From contig VYFG01000103.1 in assembly GCA_009842505.1 (NCBI GenBank), positions 2,214 to 66,213 of the forward strand: a stretch of DNA of 64,000 nt. The letters run 5' to 3'. The notes under the pieces are model-generated. The model was not told the DNA's origin and ran no database searches. It saw only the letters and a list, made by a program, of their open reading frames with translations. This stretch comes from Gammaproteobacteria bacterium (lineage in GTDB: Bacteria; Pseudomonadota; Gammaproteobacteria; Arenicellales; Poriferihabitantaceae). The position numbers and the translations under genes are program-made. This document shows positions 48,449-57,913 of the stretch, in pieces (the stretch's first letter is position 1; each line of letters begins with the position of its first letter).

Positions 48449-48519
48449 ATTTACTGTACAGTAAATATCTGACTTATAGCGAATATTCAATTTATTCCAA
48501 TATTTACTGTACAGTGAAT
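48449..48519 (-). promoter_or_regulatory. two 18-bp palindromes bracketing a TTGGAA-N16-TATAAG promoter (minus strand) for the 95-aa/DUF433 operon
   Basis: The palindromes are ATTTACTGTACAGTAAAT (perfect) and ATTTACTGTACAGTGAAT (1 mismatch). Palindrome 1 is at 48449-48466, palindrome 2 at 48502-48519, with centres 53 bp apart. The -10 is the rc of 48473-48478 and the -35 is the rc of 48495-48500. Confidence 0.55.
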
Positions 48520-48715
48520 CTTTCAGTCAGGCATAACTGGAATCTTGGCGATTGCGCGGCAAAGTGGCAAATCCGGCGTTGGACTACAACTGCATGCCGT
48601 TCACCATCGCAATCATGATCCGGAATTTCGCAGCCACCCCGCCTGGCAGGGACGCAGTCAGCAACTTTCAGACCTTGCTGATTTCGGTTGTCACCAAGCC
48701 TTCACAAATCCGGCC

Positions 48716-49504
48716 TCAACCGTCGGCAACCTGAAGAACGAAAAACATGTAGCCGGCCTCGCCCAGGAAGCGCCGCACCACATCGATTTCTTTTCGAAGG
48801 CCCCCGAGGATTTCCCGGACACCAGCGTCAGCATGACCCGCAAGCTCGGCCACACGGGCTTCCAGCGGGACGTAGTAGGCCTCGTGCGCCTCTTTCGGCA
48901 GGCGGAAACTGCCGACCACCCGGTAGCCGGCAGCCTCCGCGCATGAAAGGATCACGGCTTCGGAGGCCATGTCCGGATATTCCATTGCCCAGAATTCACG
49001 GGCTTCCTCCGGAAGGTCGTCCGCCCACCGGACGAAGTCGCTGAATGCGACACAGCCGCCCGGGCGAAGCCAGGGGCGCCACGTGGAGAGCGCCCGCTCC
49101 CTGCCCACCACGTAGATGGAACCCTCGGCCCAGACGAGATCGATACTGCCCTCGGCGACATCGATCTTCTCCATGTCCCCGCACACTGCATGGACGCGAT
49201 GCGCAAGTCCCGCCTTCCGGGCACGGCCGGCAATTTCCCTGACGAAAGGGGCGTGGATCTCGACGGCCTTGATCCGGGCATCCCGGAGCGCCTCCGCCAA
49301 CACGAAGGTCGTGCGGCCGTGGCCCACGCCCAGGTCGAGCACCTGACGGATGGCATCGCGGCCTGGAACCGCATCCAGTGCACGCAGCGTTGCGGCTTCA
49401 TTGCCCGGGGCGCCCTGCACCAGCGGCCCGAACACCTCGTACAGGATGTCGTCTACAGACACGGCGCGCGACGGCCCTTTTCCGGTTCCGGCCCGGGCCG
49501 GCAC
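48716..49504 (-). CDS. class I SAM-dependent methyltransferase
   Basis: Motif I VLDLGVGHGRTT, acidic loop KAVEI and motif IV-like DLVWAEGSIY. Confidence 0.8.
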   Translation of the reverse strand: MPARAGTGKGPSRAVSVDDILYEVFGPLVQGAPGNEAATLRALDAVPGRDAIRQVLDLGVGHGRTTFVLAEALRDARIKAVEIHAPFVREIAGRARKAGLAHRVHAVCGDMEKIDVAEGSIDLVWAEGSIYVVGRERALSTWRPWLRPGGCVAFSDFVRWADDLPEEAREFWAMEYPDMASEAVILSCAEAAGYRVVGSFRLPKEAHEAYYVPLEARVAELAGHADAGVREILGGLRKEIDVVRRFLGEAGYMFFVLQVADG

Positions 49505-49823
49505 CGGTGTCCGGAAGTGTTGCGTGCCGGGGTCCCGGTCAGGACCGGGTTTCCCCTGTACGGCACAATCCCGGCCGTGAACGGCAGACCGTGCATCGAT
49601 ACCGGGTGAAGGTACTTCTCATCCATGCGCGCCAGACTGCCACAGGAAACACACGGGAACAACGGGGTCCGGCGACGGCGCCGCGGCAGACTGGAACGCG
49701 CCTGAGTCCGGTCCGTTCGGCGGCATGGGGTGCACCCAAGGAAATCCGCCTTGCCCCTGCGTTCCGTCCCGGCCACCCGTTATCATTCCGGCCTTTCGGC
49801 ACGCATCCATTCGGCCCCAGTTC

Positions 49824-50954
49824 ATGACAGACGACATCCAGACCCTGATCATCGGCGCGGGCGTGGTGGGGCTGGCCTGCGCCGCCGCGTTGGCGGACAG
49901 CGGACGCGAGGTGCTGGTCCTGGAACGGAACACGGTGATCGGCGAGGAGACCAGCGCGCGCAATTCCGGGGTAGTCCATGCCGGCATCTATTACCCGCCG
50001 GGGTCCGCGAAGGCACGGCTGTGCGTCGCCGGTAAGGAACGGATCTACGCCTACTGCAAGGCCAGGGGCGTGCCCGTGAAGAGGACCGGCAAGCTGATCG
50101 CAGCGACGAATGAGCAGGACGTCGCGACGCTCGGGGAGCTGATCCGGCGCGGTCATGCCAACGGCGTCACCGACCTTGCGCTGCTGGACGGGGCGGAAGC
50201 GCTGACGCTGGAGCCTGAGCTTCACTGCCTGGCCGCGATCCATTCCCCCTCCACCGGCATTCTCGACACCCACCAGCTGATGCTGGCTCTCCTCGGGGAG
50301 CTGGAATCCCTGGGAGGCATGGTGAGCCTGGGAAGCCGGGTCGGCTCCCTGACCATCGATGCCGGCTCGGGGGCCGGCCACCGGGTGACCGTGGAGACGG
50401 GCCGGACCCGCCTTGCCGTGAACGCGCGGGAAATCGTGAACTGTGCGGGCCTCCAGGCGGTACCCCTCGCCAGGGGCGTGGATGGTTCGGACGGGCACGG
50501 CCTGCCCGAGGCCTTCTATACCCGTGGCAACTATTTCCGGATCAGCGGACGCTCGCCGTTCTCTCACCTCGTGTATCCCGTCCCGGAGCCGGGCGGGCTC
50601 GGCATCCACCTCACCGTGGACATGGCCGGCACCGCCCGCTTCGGGCCGGACGTGGAGGCTGTCAACGGGCCGGGGGCGGGCTATGCGGTGGATGCCCGCA
50701 GGGCCGGACGGTTTTACGCCAGCATTCGCCGCTACTGGCCGGCGCTGCCGGACGGGGCCCTGCTTCCGGACTACGCCGGCATCCGGCCGAAGATCCGCCG
50801 GCCGGGACGCCAGGCCATGGATTTCGAGATCCTGGGCCGGGACCATCTCGGCGTGCCCGGCCTCGTGCACTGCCTCGGCATCGAATCCCCGGGGCTGACT
50901 TCCTGCCTCGCCATCGCCGACGAGGTCGTCAGGCAACTGGGGACTTCCTCCTGA
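49824..50954 (+). CDS. NAD(P)/FAD-dependent oxidoreductase (L-2-hydroxyglutarate oxidase/dehydrogenase-like)
   Basis: IIGAGVVGLACAAALADSGREVLVLE...ETSARNSGVVHAGIYY and the C-terminal GIESPGLTS. I chose ATG 49824. Confidence 0.82.
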   Translation: MTDDIQTLIIGAGVVGLACAAALADSGREVLVLERNTVIGEETSARNSGVVHAGIYYPPGSAKARLCVAGKERIYAYCKARGVPVKRTGKLIAATNEQDVATLGELIRRGHANGVTDLALLDGAEALTLEPELHCLAAIHSPSTGILDTHQLMLALLGELESLGGMVSLGSRVGSLTIDAGSGAGHRVTVETGRTRLAVNAREIVNCAGLQAVPLARGVDGSDGHGLPEAFYTRGNYFRISGRSPFSHLVYPVPEPGGLGIHLTVDMAGTARFGPDVEAVNGPGAGYAVDARRAGRFYASIRRYWPALPDGALLPDYAGIRPKIRRPGRQAMDFEILGRDHLGVPGLVHCLGIESPGLTSCLAIADEVVRQLGTSS

Positions 50955-50993
50955 AACACCCGCCGGCACCGGCCCGGCATGCCGGGTCGTGTC

Positions 50994-52445
50994 TCAGCCG
51001 AGCGCCCGGAAGCGGCGCAGCGCCTCCGCCCGGCCATCCGCCAGATTCAACACCGGACGGGGATAATCCTCGTCCAGCACCACCCCGGCCTGCCGCAGCA
51101 CCGCTTCCGGTGCGCGCCAGGGTTCGTGGATATGCCGGGAGGGCATGGCCGCCAGTTCCGGCACCCAGGTGCGCACGTAATCGCCCCGGGGATCGAACCG
51201 CTCCCCCTGACGTGCCGGGTTGAATACGCGGAAATAGGGCGCCGCGTCCACACCGCAGCCCGCAGTCCACTGCCAGCCCATGGTGTTGTTGGCCAGGTCG
51301 GCGTCGACCAGCGTGTCCCAGAACCACCGGGCCCCATTCAGCCAGTGCACCAGGCCGTTCTTGGTCAGGACCGATGCGGCCAGCATGCGGACCCGGTTGT
51401 GCATCCAGCCCGTGTGCCAGAGCTGGCGCATGCCGGCGTCCACCAGGGGAATACCGGTCCGGCCCTTCTGCCAGGCCAGGACCAGCTCCGGGTTCTCGTC
51501 CCAGGGAAATGACCGGTAGCGGCGGTCGAACGGATCTTCCGCGGTTCGGGGTTCATGATGGAGGATATGATGGGCAAAGTCCCGCCAGGTCAGCTGGCGC
51601 AGGAAGGGGCGGACCCTCTCCGGTACGCCATGCTCGCCGGCGCCCCCGGATCCGCCGGCAGCCTGAAGGACGGCGTGCCAGACCTGCCGGGCGGACAGCT
51701 CGCCGAAGTGCAGGTGTGCGGACAGCCCGGACACGCCGTCCTGGCCGGGCAGGTCCCGCTCCCGGCCGTATTCGAACACCGCCGAGCGGCCGAGAAAATC
51801 TTCAAGCCTGGCCATGGCCCCGGCCTCCCCCGGCTGCCAGCAATCCCCGAACGCCCGGTGCCAGGGAATCCTGGATACCAGGTCCAGGTCCTCCACGGAC
51901 AGCGACCCGAGGCCCCGGGGTAGCGGCGGAAGTTCAGCCGGCCCGGGCTCGGGCACCTCTTCCGGGCCGGTGAGCAGGTAGCGCCGCCAGAACGGGGTGA
52001 ACACCCGGTACATCGAGCCGTCGTCCTTGACGTTATCCCAGGGTTCGCGCAACAGGGAGCCATGGTGGACCTTCACGTGAATCCCCGCCCCGGCAAGGGT
52101 CTTCCCGATACCCTCGTCCCGGGGCCCTGCCCAGAGATCGTAGAGCCGGTTCCAGCAGACCAGCCCGGCCCCGGACTCCCGGGCCACCTCCCTCAGCACC
52201 GTCCCGCTGCCGCCGCGGCGTATCACCAGCCCGGACCCGCGCCGTCGCAGGGAAATCTCCAGGGCCCTCAGGCTGTGGTGGAGCCACCAGCAGGACGCCG
52301 CCCCGGGCTGCCACGGTGCCTCCTCTTCCGGCGCATGGATATAGAGCGGGATCACCCGCTCCGACTCGGCCAGCGCACGGTTCAGGGCGGGATTGTCGTC
52401 GATGCGGAGATCACGCCTCAGCCAGACGATGGCGGTGGTGGTCAT
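50994..52445 (-). CDS. phrB: deoxyribodipyrimidine photo-lyase
   Basis: IVWLRRDLRIDDNPAL, TG.PLVDAGMRQLW.TGWMHNR.RM..AS and WQW..G motifs. Confidence 0.9.
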   Translation of the reverse strand: MTTTAIVWLRRDLRIDDNPALNRALAESERVIPLYIHAPEEEAPWQPGAASCWWLHHSLRALEISLRRRGSGLVIRRGGSGTVLREVARESGAGLVCWNRLYDLWAGPRDEGIGKTLAGAGIHVKVHHGSLLREPWDNVKDDGSMYRVFTPFWRRYLLTGPEEVPEPGPAELPPLPRGLGSLSVEDLDLVSRIPWHRAFGDCWQPGEAGAMARLEDFLGRSAVFEYGRERDLPGQDGVSGLSAHLHFGELSARQVWHAVLQAAGGSGGAGEHGVPERVRPFLRQLTWRDFAHHILHHEPRTAEDPFDRRYRSFPWDENPELVLAWQKGRTGIPLVDAGMRQLWHTGWMHNRVRMLAASVLTKNGLVHWLNGARWFWDTLVDADLANNTMGWQWTAGCGVDAAPYFRVFNPARQGERFDPRGDYVRTWVPELAAMPSRHIHEPWRAPEAVLRQAGVVLDEDYPRPVLNLADGRAEALRRFRALG

Positions 52446-52535
52446 GCGGACGGTGGTCGCTTCAGAATGGGTTTCCGGATGGCCGCGGTTTTGCCCGGCC
52501 GAAGGCCCCGGCGGGCGGATGCGGCCCCGGGATGC

Positions 52536-52814
52536 TCAGAGATACCGGTCGAAATTCTCCTCGTAGTCGGTGAGGTTCTCGCCGAACATCTTGCGGTACT
52601 GGCCGGAGAAGTATTCCGTCGCCTCTTCCTTTTCATCCGCCAGCGCGCCCCGGTCACCAGCCGTGCTGGCGACGATGAACGCGTTGAACCGCGCTGCGGC
52701 GTACATCAGCGCATACCCCACCCGGCCGTCGCCGGTCTTTTCGTACAGGTCATTGGCGAGATTGATGAACTGGTCGGAGAGTTTCCAGAATTCTTCGGAA
52801 TCTTGTTCGGGCAT
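52536..52814 (-). CDS. DUF3144 domain protein
   Basis: FWKLSDQFINLANDL.....G.VGYALMYAAARFNAF matches the DUF3144 pattern. I chose ATG 52814. Confidence 0.7.
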   Translation of the reverse strand: MPEQDSEEFWKLSDQFINLANDLYEKTGDGRVGYALMYAAARFNAFIVASTAGDRGALADEKEEATEYFSGQYRKMFGENLTDYEENFDRYL

Positions 52815-53128
52815 GGGCGGGTTCGGTGTTTCGCGCCGGACGGCCGGCGCCGGTTCAAGGAAATCCAGACGGGGTCTCAAGCAGGGGGATCATAGACAGA
52901 TGCCGCCGGTACGGCAACGTGGGGTCAAACCCCGGCCGGGGATCCGGTCTATCCGTCTTCCGCCCGCGGACCGGTTCCTCCAGGACTTCCGCAACCCCGC
53001 GCCCGGTTCTGACGGCAGGAAACCCCACCCAGGCAGGTTCATTCCGGCCCAGATCGATGTCCACCCTGACGGTATCGGCCCGGGCCGCTGTTTCGCTGAC
53101 AGTCGCACGCATCGTCCCCCGGCGCCCG

Positions 53129-54361
53129 TTACAGGATTCGCCACCAGGGGGCGGCCAGGATTCCCTCGCTCATCTGCAGGACCTCGTCCCCGCCGTGCAA
53201 CAGCAGACCGCCGGCGAACCGGTCCCCGTACTCCTCCCGGAACAGGCGCAGCCCGGTGGTGTCCGCGTATCCTGGCGCAGCAGCCTTGACCTCGATGGCC
53301 AGCACGCGGTTGCCGGATTCGATCACGAAGTCCACTTCACGTTCCGTCGTGGTGCGCCAATAGAGCACTTCCGGGGCGGGAACCTGGCCCTCGCGCCAGA
53401 CCAGAAGATCTACGAGCACCAGGTTCTCCAGATGGGCTCCCGTCAACTCGCTGGCACCGCTCAGCCAAAATGCCAGCGCCGGGTCACTCCAGTAGAGCTT
53501 GGGGCTCTTTATCAGGCGTTTTGTCCGGTTTACCGAGTACGCCGGCAGCCGGAACGTCTGGAAGGAGGTTTCGAGCAGGTTGAGGTGGCGCTGCACGGTG
53601 GCGCGAGGAATCCGGGTGTCCCGGGCAATCTCGGTCTGGTTCACCAGGCCGCCGAGACGGTTGCTGGCGGCGCGCATCAGGCGCCGGAAATCAACAAGAT
53701 CACCGACTGCCGACAGCGCTTGCAGGTCGCGCTCCAGATACGTGCGGACATAACCGTCAAACCAGAGGGCGCGGGCCTCCTGATCCGGCAACTCCAGGGC
53801 GGGAACCGGATAGCCGCTTTCACGTACCGATTCACGCCAGTCCACGGACACCTCTGCCTGGCCTTCAATGAGTGTGGCCCACTCCTTTGCCGGGGAGGAC
53901 AGCAGCGCTGACCAGATACCGGGCTCGCCCCGGCCAAGCCGCTCCCGTCGCGTGAGTGGCCAGAGATTGACGTAAGTCGCCCGCCCCGCCAGGGATTCCG
54001 AAACCTGCCGCATCAGGTGCAGGTTGGCCGATCCCGTGAGAACGAAACGACCGTACTGGCGCGGCCTGTCGGCATCCACGATGCGCTTCACGGCAAGCAG
54101 CAGATCGGATTCCCGTTGCACTTCGTCCAATACCAGGCGCGGGGCGCTGCGAAGGAGATCGTCCGGTGCCAGGCGCGCCTGTTCGCGAACCCCGGGGTCG
54201 TCGAGGGTGAGGTAAAGATGGTCCACCAGAGAGGGCTCGTGCTGCACCAGCGTGCTCTTGCCGGCCTGCCGGGCACCCATGAGGATGACGACCGGGGAAA
54301 CGGCAAGCGCCTTGCGGAGCAGTCCACTGGCGAATCGTGGAGTAAAGGTAAATTCGCTCAT
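53129..54361 (-). CDS. AAA-family ATP-binding protein (COG1373-type, AAA_14 + DUF4143)
   Basis: Walker A GARQAGKSTL, Walker B LVLDEVQ, TGSANL, and a C-terminal DUF4143-like / restriction-endonuclease-like tail (EVDFVIE). Confidence 0.8.
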   Translation of the reverse strand: MSEFTFTPRFASGLLRKALAVSPVVILMGARQAGKSTLVQHEPSLVDHLYLTLDDPGVREQARLAPDDLLRSAPRLVLDEVQRESDLLLAVKRIVDADRPRQYGRFVLTGSANLHLMRQVSESLAGRATYVNLWPLTRRERLGRGEPGIWSALLSSPAKEWATLIEGQAEVSVDWRESVRESGYPVPALELPDQEARALWFDGYVRTYLERDLQALSAVGDLVDFRRLMRAASNRLGGLVNQTEIARDTRIPRATVQRHLNLLETSFQTFRLPAYSVNRTKRLIKSPKLYWSDPALAFWLSGASELTGAHLENLVLVDLLVWREGQVPAPEVLYWRTTTEREVDFVIESGNRVLAIEVKAAAPGYADTTGLRLFREEYGDRFAGGLLLHGGDEVLQMSEGILAAPWWRIL

Positions 54362-54706
54362 GTCATGGGCGATTATCGCTCATTCAATGGGCGATTTTCA
54401 AACTAATGCACCGCATACCCGAGCAAGGAGCGTTTAGGATGGGCTGGGCACGGCGAGGGTTGAGGACCCTATAAGGCGTGGTTTCAGCACGGCTTTCCCG
54501 GAAACAGGAAGGCTGGTTCCGGGTTGGTTCGTGGGGACTTCCCCAAAGGGATGAGGGTACCGTACCGACCCATCGGGGATGGCTGCCGGCTGCTATGTTG
54601 GCTCTCGATCATGGGCGAAGTCGGCGGGTCTTCCCGTCTTCCTTAACTTGTTGCACCAATCGCGCTAAGATTCGCGCCTTTCCGCGCGGATGAGCCGCAT
54701 CACGTC

Positions 54707-56155
54707 ATGTTCGAAACCAGGAATCACATCGACGGCCGCTGGGTGGAGGGGCCCTCGACCCTGCCCGACATCAATCCCTCCGACACCCGGGAGGTGATCG
54801 GGGAATTCGCCCAGGCCGGCGAAGACCAGGTGCCGGAGGCGATCACGGCGGCGCGCCGGGCCCAGTCGCAGTGGCAGTGGAGCCCGCCGGAGACGCGTTA
54901 CGGCGCGCTCATGCAGATCGGCAACGCGCTGATGGAGCGCTCCGCGGAGTTCGGCGAACTGCTGAGCCGCGAGGAAGGCAAGACCCTGCCCGAGGGCAAG
55001 GGCGAGGTCTACCGCGCGGGGCAGTTCTTCACCTACTACGCCGCCGAGGTGCTTCGCCGCATGGGGGACCTTACGGATTCCGTGCGCCCCGGCGTGGAGG
55101 TGCTCGTGAGCCGGGAGCCCGTGGGGGTGGTCGCCGTGATCACGCCCTGGAACTTCCCCACCGCGCTGCCCGCCTGGAAACTGGCGCCTGCCATCGCCCA
55201 CGGCAACGCGGTGGTATGGAAGCCCGCCAGCCTGGTGCCCGCCAGCGCGGCGGCGCTGATGCAGATCATCGAGGACAGCGACCTGCCCCCGGGGCTTGTG
55301 AACATGGTCCTCGGTTCCGGACGCACCGTGGGCGAGGCGCTGATCACCTCCCCGGACATCGACGCCATCACTTTCACCGGCTCCCTCGCCACCGGCCGGC
55401 GCATCGCCGAGGCGGCGGCGGTGAACCTGACGAAGCTGCAGATGGAAATGGGCAGCAAGAATCCCCTGGTGGTCGTGGACGACGCCGATCTCGACACCGC
55501 GGTCAGCTGCGCCGTCAACGGTTCGTTCTTCAGCATGGGCCAGAAATGCACCGCGTCCTCCAGGATCGTCGTGACCCGGGGAGTGCACGACGAGTTCGTG
55601 GCGCGCATGCAGGCGGCCATGGACCGGCTCGTGATCGGCCATGCGCTGGAGGCGGATTCCCAGATCGGTCCCGTGGTGGACGAGCACCAGCTCGCGCGGA
55701 ACCTGTCCTACATCGAAATCGGCCGCGGCGACGGCGCGGAGCTGGTGTGCGGGGGCGAGCCCCTGGAGCGGGCGACCCCGGGACACTACATGGCCCCGGC
55801 CCTCTTCGTCGGCGGCGACAATGCCATGCGCCTCAACCGGGAAGAGGTGTTCGGCCCCCTGACCTGCGTACTCAGGGCGGATGACTATGACCACGCGCTG
55901 GCGCTGGCCAACGACACGGAATTCGGGCTGACCTCGAGCATCATCACCACATCGCTTTCCAGGGCAACGCATTTCCGCCGCCACTCCCGGACCGGCTGCG
56001 TCATGGTCAACCTGCCCACTTCCGGCACCGACTACCACGTGCCCTTCGGCGGCCGGAAGAATTCCAGCTTCGGCCCCCGGGAGCAGGGTCGCCATGCCGA
56101 GGAGTTCTACACCCAGGTGAAGACCGCCTATGTCAGCGCGGGGCAGGCGGGCTGA
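54707..56155 (+). CDS. NAD(P)-dependent aldehyde dehydrogenase
   Basis: PWNFP, FTGS...G, ELGGKNP-like MEMGSKNP, catalytic Cys region GQKCTA and PFGG.K.S. Confidence 0.9.
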   Translation: MFETRNHIDGRWVEGPSTLPDINPSDTREVIGEFAQAGEDQVPEAITAARRAQSQWQWSPPETRYGALMQIGNALMERSAEFGELLSREEGKTLPEGKGEVYRAGQFFTYYAAEVLRRMGDLTDSVRPGVEVLVSREPVGVVAVITPWNFPTALPAWKLAPAIAHGNAVVWKPASLVPASAAALMQIIEDSDLPPGLVNMVLGSGRTVGEALITSPDIDAITFTGSLATGRRIAEAAAVNLTKLQMEMGSKNPLVVVDDADLDTAVSCAVNGSFFSMGQKCTASSRIVVTRGVHDEFVARMQAAMDRLVIGHALEADSQIGPVVDEHQLARNLSYIEIGRGDGAELVCGGEPLERATPGHYMAPALFVGGDNAMRLNREEVFGPLTCVLRADDYDHALALANDTEFGLTSSIITTSLSRATHFRRHSRTGCVMVNLPTSGTDYHVPFGGRKNSSFGPREQGRHAEEFYTQVKTAYVSAGQAG

Positions 56156-57144
56156 TGCTGACCATCGACGCACTCCAGTATTCCCGCTGGAGCCGGGAGA
56201 TCTTCCGGCAGATGCGCCAGGGCGGCCTCGACTGCGTGCACGTGACCATCGCGTACCACGAGACCGCAGTGGAGACGCTGCGACGCATCGGCGAGTGGAA
56301 CCGGCTCTTCGAGGACAACGGCGATCTCATCATGCGGGTCGGGGACGCCCGGGATGTCCACGACGCGCGGCAAAGCGGCCGCACCGGCATCGTGTACGGC
56401 TTCCAGAACTGCTCCCCCATCGAGGACGACTTTTCCCTGGTCGAGGTGTTCCACCAGCTCGGTGTCCGTTTCATGCAGCTCAGCTACAACAACCAGAGCC
56501 TGCTGGCCACTGGCTGCTACGAGGAGACGGACCCCGGCATCACCCGTTTCGGCAGGCAGGTGATCCGGGAGATGAACCGCGTGGGCATGGTGGTGGACAT
56601 GTCGCACAGCGCCGAACGCTCCACCCTGGAGGCCATCGAGCTGTCCCGGCGTCCCATCGCCATCACCCATGCCAATCCCGCCACCTTCCACCCGGCACTG
56701 CGCAATAAGTCCGACCGGGTGCTGAAGGCGCTGGGCGACAGCGGCGGCATGCTCGGATTCAGCCTGTACCCCCATCACCTGAAGGGGGGCTCCGGCTGCA
56801 GCCTGGCGGATTTCTGCGCCATGGTGGGCCGCACCGCAGAACTGATGGGCGTTGACCATATCGGCATCGGTTCGGATCTCTGCCAGGACCAGCCGGACAG
56901 CGTGGTGGCCTGGATGCGGAACGGGCGCTGGAGCAGGGTGACGGACTACGGTGAAGGCTCCGCGGCTGACGCCGGGTTTCCCGCGCAGCCCGGGTGGTTC
57001 GCCAATTCGACCCACTACGGAAACCTCGCCGCGGGTCTTGCCGAAGCCGGCTTCAGCGGTGAAGAGGTGGAGAAGATCATGGGCGGTAACTGGCTGCGCT
57101 TCTTCGAAGAAACGTTCGGCCCGGAGGACGGGAGCCGTGCCTGA
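56155..57144 (+). CDS. membrane-type dipeptidase (peptidase M19)
   Basis: GVRFMQLSYNNQS, GMVVDMSHS, ITHANP and GIGSD motifs. Its ATG overlaps the ALDH stop by 1 nt. Confidence 0.85.
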   Translation: MLTIDALQYSRWSREIFRQMRQGGLDCVHVTIAYHETAVETLRRIGEWNRLFEDNGDLIMRVGDARDVHDARQSGRTGIVYGFQNCSPIEDDFSLVEVFHQLGVRFMQLSYNNQSLLATGCYEETDPGITRFGRQVIREMNRVGMVVDMSHSAERSTLEAIELSRRPIAITHANPATFHPALRNKSDRVLKALGDSGGMLGFSLYPHHLKGGSGCSLADFCAMVGRTAELMGVDHIGIGSDLCQDQPDSVVAWMRNGRWSRVTDYGEGSAADAGFPAQPGWFANSTHYGNLAAGLAEAGFSGEEVEKIMGGNWLRFFEETFGPEDGSRA

Positions 57145-57373
57145 ATCCGGCCGGGGTGATCAAGGGGTTCCCGACCCGGACAGGCTCGAGCGGCTCGAGG
57201 TCCTCCTCATGGAGCACGAGTCGACCCTGGAGCGTTTCAGCGAACTCCTCCGGGACCAGCAGCGGCAGATCACCGGCCTCGGCAACTCCCTGGAACTGCT
57301 CCGGGAAAAACTATCAAAATACGAGGAGCCGGACCCACGCGGAGCGACCCACGAACCGCCCCCGCATTACTGA
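57137..57373 (+). CDS. slyX: SlyX family protein
   Basis: Coiled-coil RLERLEVLLMEHESTLERFSELLRDQQRQI..L...LELLREKL and the family-typical C-terminal PPPHY. Start is uncertain (GTG 57137 or ATG 57209). Confidence 0.8.
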   Translation: MPESGRGDQGVPDPDRLERLEVLLMEHESTLERFSELLRDQQRQITGLGNSLELLREKLSKYEEPDPRGATHEPPPHY

Positions 57374-57394
57374 ATCCTCCCTGGAGACCGCAAG

Positions 57395-57835
57395 ATGAGA
57401 TACCTGCATACCATGATCCGGGTCAGCGACCTGGATGAAACCCTCGGCTTCTTCCGGGAATGCCTCGACATGGTGGAAACCCGCCGCTACGACAACGAGG
57501 CCGGCCGGTTCACGCTGGTGTTCCTTGCCGCCCGGGACGACGTGGAGCGGGCTCGGGCGGATATGGCGCCGGTGGTGGAACTGACCTACAACTGGGATCC
57601 CGAGGAGTACACCGGCGGGAGAAATTTCGGCCACCTGGCCTACGAGGTGGATGACATCTACGCCACCTGCCAGAAGCTCATGGACAGGGGCGTAACCATC
57701 AACCGGCCTCCCAGGGACGGACGCATGGCATTCATCCGGACGCCTGACAACATATCCATCGAGCTCCTGCAGAAGGGCGCCGCACAGGCCGCCCTGGAGC
57801 CCTGGGTCTCCATGGAAAACACCGGCGAATGGTGA
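57395..57835 (+). CDS. gloA: lactoylglutathione lyase (glyoxalase I)
   Basis: [20 protein letters not shown]...ELTYNW......[13 protein letters not shown] is collinear with E. coli GloA. Confidence 0.88.
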   Translation: MRYLHTMIRVSDLDETLGFFRECLDMVETRRYDNEAGRFTLVFLAARDDVERARADMAPVVELTYNWDPEEYTGGRNFGHLAYEVDDIYATCQKLMDRGVTINRPPRDGRMAFIRTPDNISIELLQKGAAQAALEPWVSMENTGEW

Positions 57836-57913
57836 CGCCGGACGCCCCGGCGAAAACCTGTCAAGCCGGCCTGACCGGGCACCGACCCGAAACCATCTCA
57901 CCGGAGTAGCGCA

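Noticed and set aside
48449-48519. Possible LexA (SOS) boxes, because the palindromes contain TACTG...CAGTA
   Set aside because: The gammaproteobacterial SOS box is CTGT-N8-ACAG. Here the half-sites are separated by 2 nt only (TACTG-TA-CAGTA), so this is not a canonical LexA site. I kept them as candidate operators of the local module.
48545-48946. Small + strand ORFs (48545..48946, 48552..48734) as possible targets of the palindromic operators
   Set aside because: They overlap the 3-prime end of the well-supported methyltransferase gene on the other strand and lack an SD or family similarity. The promoter geometry and SD fit the minus-strand 95-aa/DUF433 operon.
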